NCBI GenBank assembly: GCA_965153455.1
Contig: OZ234493.1
Location: 29,378,213 to 29,442,212 of the forward strand
Direction: 5' to 3'
DNA from: Sphagnum compactum
Taxonomy: Eukaryota
DNA length: 64,000 nt
The translations under genes were made by a program, and so were the position numbers. Below, one piece after another: positions 1-10,659 of this stretch; position 1 is the first letter of the stretch; each line of letters begins with the position of its first letter. Below the pieces are notes generated by a model, which worked only from the letters and a program-made list of their open reading frames with translations, searched no databases and had not been told where the DNA came from.

Positions 1-248
1 AAAAGGAGGTATCATCTCTCATATGTGATGAATATGATGATGAAACCCTGCCAGACTTTATAAAAAAGAGAGCACACAAGAAAGGGAGAGAAAAAGAAAC
101 AATTGGCAAGGTGGGTTCTACCTTCTAAGTATCCTAGTGACGCTTTTATGATGACATGGAGTTGCCAGCAAGGCACAAAAATGATATTAACAAACAAGTC
201 AGTAACTTGGGACCATTGGTTTTGGTACCCAGTTTTCAAAAAAATGTC

Positions 249-316
249 CACGTGTCAGACACCCAATGCGCAGCCAACCGTAAGCGGCAACGTGCCAGGT
301 AGTTCTGTGACACGTG
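249..316 (+). promoter_or_regulatory. G-box/ABRE cluster upstream of SUT
   Basis: CACGTGTC at 249-256, ACGTG at 290-294 and GACACGTG ending at 316, all within ~260 bp of the ATG. Confidence 0.45.
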
Positions 317-504
317 TGCTTGTTGGAACGATTGAGTCTTGAGCAAAACCGCTTCAACGGAGTAGTTCTGGTGTGAAGAGGGGGCGAGGGGTGGAGGCAG
401 GCAGACGATTGCGGGCCGGATCTCGCGCGCGGCAGCCTCGTTCGGTGTGTGGAGTGCGGACAAAAGTTGTAGAGCTTGTAAAGAGCTTCGTTTTGATACC
501 AGAT

Positions 505-2169
505 ATGGAGAGAGGAGAGAGCTTTAAGAGGGTGAACCGAGGCAAGAACCGGATCCCACTCCAATCGCTTGCACGGGTAGCTTGCATTGCTGCAGGAGTG
601 CAGTTCGGATGGGCGTTGCAGTTGTCGTTGTTGACGCCTTACGTGCAGGAACTGGGCATCCCGCATGCATGGGCAAGCTTCATCTGGCTGTGTGGACCTA
701 TCTCCGGGATGTTGGTGCAACCCATTGTTGGTCATTATAGTGATCGCTTCCCTGGGAAATGGGGAAGACGAAGACCTTTCATCGTCACTGGAGCTACACT
801 GGTGGTGATTGCCGTGCTCATCATCGGTTTCTCTGCGGATTTGGGGTTCTTGCTGGGTGATAGCAACAGTAGTATTGTGGGATCCAGACCTCGTGCCATC
901 GTCGTTTTTGTGACTGGTTTTTGGGTGCTGGATCTCGCGAATAATACTCTGCAAGGTCCTTGCAGAGCTTTACTGGCGGATTTCACAGGCAAGGACCAGA
1001 GACGGACGCGACGAGCAAATGCCTTTTTCTCTCTCTTCATGGCCATAGGAAACGTGCTGGGCTTCGCTACCGGCGCCTACGATGGCTGGTACAAAATCTT
1101 CAGCTTCACCAGAACAGAAGCTTGCGATATTGCCTGCGCGAATCTGAAATCCGCTTTCCTTCTCGGAGTTCTCCTCCTTGTGTTGACGACGATTCTGAGC
1201 GTGACGGCGGCTAGTGAAGTTCCTTGGGATCCCATCACGAAGATCGTAAAAAACGTAGTTTCTACTTCCGCTACTCCCTTGCTTCCCGACAAGCAGCCAG
1301 CGGATCCTGAAGCTCCGAAACCATCACCACCCGCAGCAACAGGGAGTGCATCTGGCGCAAATAATGGTCAGGGAGGAGGAGGGGAAGAAGACAGCGATGA
1401 CGATGAAGAAGAAGAACGAGAAGCGGTCTTTTGGGAGCTTTTTGGAGCTTTGAGAGATCTCCCTCGTCCCATGTGGTACATTCTCGCTGTAACAGCTCTC
1501 ACATGGCTGGCATGGTTCCCTTTCCTTCTCTTCGACACGGACTGGATGGGTCGTGACGTTTATCGAGGCGAGCCGTCTTCACCAGATCCGAAGATCACCG
1601 CTCTTTACTTCGAGGGAGTGCACATGGGTTCTCTCGGTCTTATGCTCAACTCTGTGGTATTGGGTCTCTCCTCGCTTGTGATCGAACCTCTTTGCCACAA
1701 ACTGGGTTCAAGCTATGTGTGGGGCCTAGCAAACACCATCATGGCTGCCTGCTTTGCAGCCACGGCTCTCTTAACACATGCAGCCAAACAGGATCCCTGG
1801 GGAATGGGTCCTCCTCTTTACGTCACCATCTCCTCTCTCGTCATCTTCGCGGTTCTGGGAGCTCCACTGGCGGTCACATACAGTATCCCTTATGCATTGA
1901 CTGCTACTTTCACAGAGAGAGTAGGGGGAGGTCAAGGATTGTCCATGGGTGTACTGAACCTTGCTGTTGTCCTTCCTCAAATGCTCGTCTCTGTGGGCAG
2001 TGGTCCATGGGATGAGCTCTTTGGTGGTGGTAACTTGCCTGCTTTTCTACTGGGTGGTGCTGCAGCTCTTGCTGGTGGAATTGCAGCTGTGCTCATCTTA
2101 CCAAGGCCTACTCCTGATTTCAAAGGAGGCATCCGTCTCCGCCGTAGCCGAAGCTCTCCCATTCCTTAA
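505..2169 (+). CDS. SUT: Sucrose/H+ symporter (GPH/MFS family, SUT4/type III-like), single exon, 554 aa
   Basis: Uninterrupted ORF; first in-frame ATG at 505 (the GTG at 373 is unlikely in a eukaryote). Hallmark SUT motifs: GVQFGWALQLSLLTPY, IWLCGPISG, GRRRPFI, DLANNTLQGPCRALLAD, WFPFLLFDTDWMGR, GQGLSMGVLNLAVVLPQM, GPWDELFGGGN. Confidence 0.95.
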   Translation: MERGESFKRVNRGKNRIPLQSLARVACIAAGVQFGWALQLSLLTPYVQELGIPHAWASFIWLCGPISGMLVQPIVGHYSDRFPGKWGRRRPFIVTGATLVVIAVLIIGFSADLGFLLGDSNSSIVGSRPRAIVVFVTGFWVLDLANNTLQGPCRALLADFTGKDQRRTRRANAFFSLFMAIGNVLGFATGAYDGWYKIFSFTRTEACDIACANLKSAFLLGVLLLVLTTILSVTAASEVPWDPITKIVKNVVSTSATPLLPDKQPADPEAPKPSPPAATGSASGANNGQGGGGEEDSDDDEEEEREAVFWELFGALRDLPRPMWYILAVTALTWLAWFPFLLFDTDWMGRDVYRGEPSSPDPKITALYFEGVHMGSLGLMLNSVVLGLSSLVIEPLCHKLGSSYVWGLANTIMAACFAATALLTHAAKQDPWGMGPPLYVTISSLVIFAVLGAPLAVTYSIPYALTATFTERVGGGQGLSMGVLNLAVVLPQMLVSVGSGPWDELFGGGNLPAFLLGGAAALAGGIAAVLILPRPTPDFKGGIRLRRSRSSPIP

Positions 2170-4407
2170 CCAAATTATTATCCTTTCACCCTCCCTCCCC
2201 AGCTCTAATTGCTGTTGCAAAATCTCCTATGAAATCTCTCAATCACATTCTACTGGAGCGCCAGAATATGTGATTCTTTCTCCTCGTCATCAGATCTCTC
2301 TAGTAGTCCCTTTGTTGTTATCCTTTCCAGTTTATCCCTTGAATCCTTTTTTGTCAGCTCTCTCTCTCTCTTAATCTAAAGCTTCTTCTGTGGGTCCCCA
2401 TCACTACAGAGAAATCAAGATCATCAATGACTTGGGGAATTTTTTCTTTCTTCGATTCCTGGGCATGAGACATGGTAACCGTAATCTATACTCACTAGTC
2501 TTTTGTACAATAGGAATGTGATTTCTTTATCTTCAAGGAGGAGTAGAATGGAGAAATTGGAGGAATTTTTGTAGCTGGAAAATCAATGATGTCAGCTGCT
2601 GCTGATCAATGTCTTAGTGAGCCTGCTGTTGCTTGTAGTTTGAAACTTGAAAGCTGCTTCTTGTTTTCGGCTGAAGCTTTTTTTTTTCCTTCGTTGGGTC
2701 CTTAGCCTATTAATTTGGGCCTGTTGTAGTATACAATGAATGGGATTTGGTTATAATTTTTCATTTTCAATTTGATGTTTTGCACTGAAAAGCAGACATT
2801 TAGTATTTGATCTCAGTAGTATAATAAGTAGGAAATTTTGTAGCTCCAATGATTTTTGTAAAAGAGATTTGAATCTAATTGTGACGCAATGCATTGAAGA
2901 TTATGAACAACTGTTATTGTGTGAACCCTTTCTCTACCTATTACCCTTACAAACAGAAAGTTAGTTTTCACCTAAGGATTCTTTTGACGATTCACCCAAG
3001 GCATCTCTGCAGGTCAAAATTACTTTGCTCTTTGCTTTCATCCTGTCTTGTTCATTTCAAAATGTTTATGCTTGAAAGTGCAGGAGATCTTGTATATTTT
3101 GTACAGGCTTCACAAACAATTTCACTCCAAAATGAGGTTGATGATGCAAATCTGCTGCCATATTTTGTACTATAGAATGGTCAAGCCCCTGTCCATTCTG
3201 TTGGGTAATGTGCCAGCCTGTTAAGGTGAGCTAGGGCAATGCACCCAACCAAGGCCATTCCACAACATTAAGGTGACAGACTCAATGATGTTTTAAGAAA
3301 ATTCATGTTCAACTGACACATTTCGGTCACTGTTTTGAGTGTTTGACCATAACCCAGAAGATTATGTCATATAATGTGGGAGAGAAAAATGACATAATCT
3401 ACTACCCTTGACATAATCTACTACCCAGGTGCTGTTTTATTGTGCTAATTATTCCTTAAACACTCAAAGCTCATTGTGCAAATCTCCAGGGTAGTGTCAA
3501 AAGCTGAGATTCAGAACTTTGTTGGATTTTCTGACTTAGAAAATGAAAAACTGCGGAATCTCTTCTGAAAGAGGATCAATGGTTAAGACAATGAATCAAA
3601 GAGACAGGAGAGTTGGCTTTTATGAAAGGAAGATCATGGGTTAGGGTGAGAACTTTTGGCTTTGTTTGTAGTTTTTGAGGAGAGTGGAGCAGACCACACT
3701 CACAAAAGATGCTACCATAGCTGCACAAGCAACCCATGGAGCTACTATTACTCCAGCATCTGTACCATTACTCTGGGAATCTATAAGCACAAAGCACATC
3801 TGCTTTGAGCTCCTAGACTACAATGGAATGATACAGTACTGATACACACTACATCCAAGAGAGCATCACTTCCATTGGAAGCTTATGTTGAGATATAGAA
3901 TACTGTATTACACTTGCTATCCACAAAGCTCACTACATGTAGAATTCCATTCCACTGCAAACCACTTTCATGCCTCTAGAAGGCTAGAACAAACTTGCTA
4001 TTCATATCGTATAAAGTATAACAACTTAAATGTTGCCTCTTGTGCTTACTCTCAAATTAACTCAACAAGCAAGCAAGCTGTCAAATGAGTTTTGAGTGTA
4101 TTAAGGAATGTGCCAGGTACAGGCGCCATCGTGCCCAGTAAGGTTACTGGTGTGTGCATTTGAGAAATTTGGGCAAGCACGGTAGGGTGAGCCAAAATGT
4201 TCGGTTTGGGCAGCGGGCACAATGGCATGTACCCAGCAGCACTTTCCATAATGTAATGAGGTTTTCATGATGTGCAACAGAATGGGCATGTGGATTTTGA
4301 ACAATGGTTAGGTCAGGTAGACCCAAGAAGACCTGTGCATTTGTGCCTTGATAAGGGAACTAATAGAAGGGAAGAAAGGTCATATGAAAACCATTATGTG
4401 TAGTGTA

Positions 4408-4506
4408 ATGCCCTAGGGCTGGGGTGTTCCTGAAATAATGGCCCATGAGGCTGGACACCAACACCCACGGCCTGTTAATTTTGGAATGCCCCAACCTGAG
4501 GGCATT
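4408..4506. repeat. ~100 bp imperfect hairpin (MITE-like)
   Basis: Left arm AATGCCCTAGGGCTGGGGTGTTCC pairs imperfectly with right arm GGAATGCCCCAACCTGAGGGCATT. Confidence 0.55.
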
Positions 4507-5854
4507 GCCCAGCGTAGAAATCAATTATTTTAATTTCTAATTTTTTTAAAGAACTGTGATACCCAGCAAGTATTATCTGGGTAACCTCCGGGTACCAGCA
4601 CTAAAAAAGTTTAAAATAAACTAACACAGGCATTTCACTTTTCCAGATGTCCAGTTGCGGATTTTGTCAAATACTATGGCCAGATTGAACCAGCACCCAC
4701 CAGTGCACCAACGTGGATGGATGGTGCACTGATAGGATTCTCTTTTCTATCCCTGTGCCATCCCAGCTTGACTTTTTTTTTTTTGTTTGCCCTTTCTCAG
4801 CCCTGATCTCAGTTTTTTTTTGCAACTTTATTTTCTCCCCGCCCCCTTCCCAGTTTTTTTTTCCCCCTGATCTCTGTTTGTTTGTTTTTTTTTTTTTGAA
4901 ACTTTTCCCACCCACCCACCTACTACCCCCCACTGTCCCCCACCAACCTACTCAGCCATATATTTAAATTAAAAGTAGACTCTTCCCCATCTACCTACTC
5001 ACCTATAAATTTTAAATGTGCTACTCTCATCCCCACCCATCTACCCGCCCTTTTACTGTCCTACCTACCAACACTTTAAGTAGGTACCTACCAAACCCCA
5101 CCTACATGGCTACACCTACCTACATGGTTGCCACTACAATAGACCTTCAACAGTCAACAACGATGAGGAACGAATAAAACGAAGGTATTGCATGGAGCTT
5201 GCTCTTGTTCATTCAAACAAATAAATAAGGGGCCGATTAAAGTATTTAACACTCTCTTTATAAGGGTATTGCAAGTTCTATTTAGAGAGTGTTTTCCATG
5301 GGGGTATTGCAAACCAAATGGAGCGCTAAAGAAAAAAAAGGAAAGACAGTGAAACTCAGTTCACCACAAAAACTGAGGTCCCCTCCCCCCCACCCCCCAA
5401 CAACTTGAATGCTCATGTTTTTCTTTTTTGGGGTAGGTTTTTATTTTTTGAATTTCACTTTTATGATCAAACTCAGGGTTCTAGTGTTATTTTCCTTAAC
5501 TTTAGAGATAATTTTATTATATACCTTTAATGACCATACTTTCTTACAAAGTCATATGAAATAGTTGGGGGTGTACACTTTGAATTTTTTTTTGCAATGG
5601 CCCATTTAGCTGGCTTATCATCAAAAACATTATGAAATCTCCCCTCCTCAAGTAAGAATCACATTTTTTACACTGTTTTATATTTACACTATTTTACATA
5701 GCCATGTAAAATCATATTATATGTATACACACGTTGTTTTATTGAACTGTGTAAAATTATATAAATAATATTTATTTTTACACTTACAGGGAGTGTACGT
5801 CCCAAATCATTTACATGCACAACATTGGTTCAAACCTTCAAATTTAATGTTTAA

Positions 5855-6320
5855 TAACCTTAGCCTTAAGCCTTAAACATCACACCCTAATTTGAAACCT
5901 TATAAATCAGACCTAAAACTTAGAAATCAGGGCTTAAAACCCTAACCCTAAACCCTAATTTTTAATTTAAACCTTAAAAATCATACTTTATCCTCATTTT
6001 TGAACACTAAACCATAATTTCAAACCTTTGGTAATCAAGTTTGAAAACCCTGAAATCAAATCTAAAAACCCTAACCTTAAGTCCTAATCACTAAATTTTA
6101 ATTCTAAACCCTATAAATCAGACCTAAAACACTATAGCCTAACTTGAAACCCTAAAGTCAAACCCTAAACCTTAATTAAAATTTTTAACCCTTAACTTTA
6201 ATTTGAAAGTTTCAAATGGAGACCTAAAAACCCTAATCTTAATCTTTAACAATAAATTCAACCCTAAACCATATAAATCAAACCCTAACCCTAAACTTAA
6301 AAATTAGACCTAACCTATAA
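5855..6320. repeat. Degenerate interstitial telomere-like array (CCCTAAA orientation)
   Basis: Many CCCTAA(A)/CCTTAA/ACCTAAA units, e.g. CCCTAACCCTAAACCCTAA at ~5941. Confidence 0.7.
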
Positions 6321-6944
6321 TTGAAAATATAGATGAAATTGGAGGCTTTACTTGTGAATGTAACTTGGGTTTTCATGATAAAGACCACAAGGGAAACCAA
6401 CTCATCAAACTCCTACACTATAAAATTTGTCAAATGCCTTGAAATATGTCTTGAACACCAATGGTCAGGTCCACGGATTGCCATGGCCCTTGCTCCATCT
6501 CATGTGAAGTGAAAAATTCCTTGGAATTGCAAAGCCAACATTGACATCATTTGGAAAATCATGAGATCATCTTAATCCATATATCCTTTACAATCTCCAC
6601 ATCACTTGAGATAAAAATAAAATCATCGATATTTAATGAAAAGTTATTTGAGAGGCTTAAAGAAAACATCTTTCAAGTTCCCAATGAAAATAAGAGGAAG
6701 TCTAAAAACATAATCTCTTCCTTATATACTTGCCATGAGAATCTAAATCTACAAGCTACTTACCTTAACCATAAACCCACCATTTTTGGGCTGATTTTTA
6801 ATTTTTTTGTTTTACGTACACAAAAAGTGAAGTTAAAATGACATTTTTTTATGACTATTTTAGTCCATGATTGCATCTTTTAGTCTTAATTATAGATTTT
6901 GATTTTTAATTCTAATATTATACACAAGCACAAACCATATTATG

Positions 6945-7135
6945 CTCCAAAAATCCAAAACCCTAAAAATCAGACCATACTTGAAAAAGTCTAACCCTAA
7001 ACCCAAAAAACCAAACATTCAAACCCATATAAAACTTGTCCTAACCCCAAACCTTAAGAGGCCAAACTTAACCCTATCTATATATTTAATAACCATAACC
7101 ATATACCCATAACCAATACCCAATACCCATTGCCA
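6945..7135. repeat. Second degenerate CCCTAAA-like tract
   Basis: CTAACCCTAAACCC, CCTAACCCCAAACCTTAA and ACCATAACCATA units. Confidence 0.55.
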
Positions 7136-7707
7136 ATTGCCAATAACCAATAACCGGACAACATGTAGTTAGAATATGTCACAATTGTTGATGTATTCAA
7201 GTGAACATATTGTATTCTAAAACCATTTAAACAAGGTATGCAAGTTGATGAATATATTATTCAAAGTGTTCACTAATACAATTTTTTTGTTGGAAAAAGC
7301 CCTTGCCCACATTTATGCGAAATGTCAAAAGTTTGGAAAACTTTAAATAAAGGATGTTCAACAAGATGCCCATATAATGTGATGTGGTCTCTTGCAATGA
7401 CATGGTTGAGGGCACATGACATATGGCCATTACAACATGAAGGTGCATTGATGCAAATATCACATTGATGTTTTTGCCATGTGTAACCTCATTGATATAT
7501 ATGTGGATAATATATCAAAAACATGTCCATGCCTGATGTCTTTTGGGGTTGCCACACTTTTAAATTAGGACATGTTACATAGAATGCAAATGAACTTGAA
7601 ACCAATCCAATAAATGCCAACATGAAGGGTGTAGTAGAGTTAAATCTTGTCAACTTTGGGGGGTTCTTGAGTTGTTGGTGTGCTAATTTTGTAGCATTTT
7701 GAACTTA

Positions 7708-8043
7708 GAGCATCTCCAGCAGTGCTCCGCATGCGATCTGCAGAGTTACATTGGATGAAGAGAAGTCCAAATATGCCGGTTTGGCCCAGGAAATTTTGGC
7801 TCAGCAACGCTCTGCACCTGCAGAAAAGAGTGTAATAAATGTGATCCGACTGCTGTTCAGTGTTTTCTGATCGGCCTATCATAATGATTGGTCCAGGTGG
7901 TTCGCTATTAGTAGTCCCCGGGAACTACTATTTGCTATCTCAGTTTCAGTTTGATGGGTGGGGTTGCAAAAAACATAAATAACTAAACTTAGATGTGAAA
8001 AATAATTTGGAGGGCTGCATACTGAGCACTGCTGGAGATGCTC
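7708..8043. mobile_element. PIF/Harbinger (Tourist-like) MITE, 336 bp
   Basis: Perfect 20-bp TIR GAGCATCTCCAGCAGTGCTC ... GAGCACTGCTGGAGATGCTC; TTA target-site duplication at 7705-7707 and 8044-8046; no coding capacity. Confidence 0.9.
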
Positions 8044-10659
8044 TTAAAGGCCAAACATCTATCTATGAAGGAAGGCAGTTTGTTTTGTTTTGTTTTGTGT
8101 AGTTATGAGATCCATTGAACAAGGATGCTTCAGATCCTGTTCTTGGTGTCTTTGGAAAGCTCTGGACAAGGAGGGATGCATGGGCTTGGATCCATGACGT
8201 TTTTGGACTCGCATTGCAAAAGTTCTTGAATATTGAATGATTTCTTCACTGAAAATTAAATTAAATTGTAGCTGGAAATTTCAGAGGAATTGGAATGTGC
8301 CTTTGGTGTTGTTGGAAAGATCTTGAGCAAGATTTAGTGGAATTTTTTTGGCAAGATGTGGATTCAGAATGTGGGAGATATTGATTTTTAACTGATTTCT
8401 GCCACTGAAAATTCAAATAAATTTCAAAAAACCAGGTTTTGGAAGGGAAAATCAGTTGAGGACACGGTAACACTTGAATGTCTACCATTCAATTCAAGTA
8501 GAAGGAATTGTGATGTGCCTTTGGTGGTTGTTGGAAAGATCTTGACAATTCAAATTTAACAAAATTTATGCCGTGAGATATGGAATTAGGATGTGAGACA
8601 ACATTGATAGGTTGAGTTCATGTTAATTTATAATGGGTTCACACTTGCAAGTTTAATATTCAATTCAAGTAAATGTTTTTTTCTCATATTTGATTCTTAA
8701 AAAATGGGATATAATTATACCTCGCAAAATAATGTCATATGTTGTGTCCACCCTACGTTATAGCAAGTTGACATTTGAGCCAACAGCACAAGTCATATTA
8801 ATGTTTTCAAAGGCTTTGTGCTATCACATAATTTTGCATTCATCCTTAAGTTGTGAGTAGTTTGCTTGCTTTATTTACATTTCACTTCATCATAAGGTTT
8901 ATCGAGTATAGCTATTTCACTAACGAAGAGGGAACATGGAACTAAATGTTAGACGAGACTCCCCAATAGTGTTGTCAGAAGGGACATCCCTAGAGTCCCT
9001 CTTGGTGTCCTTGGGCGTGGTGTTTTTTTTTTGACACACTCTTTTTTTTTTACATATTTATAATTATTATTTGGGTATGGGCAAAGGTTCATATTTACCT
9101 TGTCTAGGTGTGTCTAATGTCCCTTGTCATGACCTTCCCAATGCCCCCAAAAAAAAATTTTAACACCTTTGATGTGCTTCTTGGTTGCCATAGCATCCCC
9201 CCATGTGCATTTTCGACACCCTTGACATTCCCTCATCTACTTCTTGACACCATTGACATCCCATTGTGTGCTTCCTATAGTGCCCTTGACACTCTCTTCC
9301 ATTTTTTTTAATCATAAAGGGACATCCCTAAACTGAAAACTCCCATCCTTGACCTAATTTTTCCCAAGGATGCCCAAATTTGAGACATCTTCAAATGTCC
9401 CTAGAATATCTTGCCAAAAAGGGATGCTAACCCTAAACCCTAAACCTTGCTCTCCACATGATTTAGTTGATTGGAATGTCACATTTTTTAGACGTGTGAA
9501 TTCAATAGACTCCATTTCAAACTAGACAAATGAAACCATTTCATTTTAGACATGTGAATTCACTTCTTGGACAGAATCCATTAGAATAATTTTAACTTAT
9601 GCTACAAAGACGAGTGGAGACAAATCCTAAGAACCTAGAGAAAGCTTAAAGAGTGTTCAATAGATGCCCATATGATGTGGCCCCTTGGAATGGCATGATT
9701 AACTATGTAGTTTCTCTTCACACTTTATCACTCTTCACTAGATGTCATGTTAAATAGTCAATTTATGTTGAGACCATCGCCATTGAAAGTATATTCATTG
9801 GTGTGTCCCCGACTAACAAGCCAAGTTGGGTGCCTAACATAATCATTATTTATGTGTGGCCCCTTGTAGGTGAAAAATCATATCCTTCTTTTACACATAA
9901 AAGGTTTTTGAATGAAATTTTACATAAATCAAAATGATTCAATCATAGTCCAAATTAATAAAAGTTTCATGGAATTGCAATTATTTGAAAATTAAAATTT
10001 GTAGTTCAAATAAGGTCTCAATTATGCACAACTTTGTAGTATATTGTCAAATTATTGTCTAAGAACTCACTTGGAACCCTCAAGCTCAAACCTTCTTATC
10101 AACCTCATAAACACTCCAACTACATCCCTCCACATTCTTCAATTCAAGTTGTTAGGCCTTTGAATCCCACTTTACTTTCATGCTTCTAGGTGCAAACAAG
10201 TTAAAATGTACCAAACCTTTAGGATATTTGACTAATTTCTTTATTTGAAACCATAATTGGAAAATTTATTAAAATGGAAAAAAAAGTGAATTTTTTGAAT
10301 CAATGAATCCAATATTAAAAATGAAAAAAATCAATTCACAAATAAGTTGTTAAACAAGTGTAACATTGGGCCATATTCATTTAATGTTGTCCTTCATGAC
10401 ATCTTTGGATAGCCATAATTTCAGAAAACTTTTGTTGACACTTATATATACATGACCTTGCAATGTTTTTCATAATAAATGAATTCCCATCTCACCATTT
10501 CAATGCCCAATGTGCTTTTAACTTCACACCAAGTGTGGCGATGTGACAAGATATTGGTACACCTTCAAGTGTTTGGATCAATGGTGTGCGGGTATTGAAA
10601 TTCACACATCCTAAACTTGTCTAGGTAAGTACCATGGAGGTCGACGTATAGGTATGGTT

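Noticed and set aside
373..504. 44-aa N-terminal extension of SUT from the GTG start in the ORF track
   Set aside because: Eukaryotic gene; ATG at 505 gives a normal SUT N-terminus.
199..954. 251-aa minus-strand ORF
   Set aside because: Antisense shadow of the GC-rich SUT CDS; no recognisable motifs.
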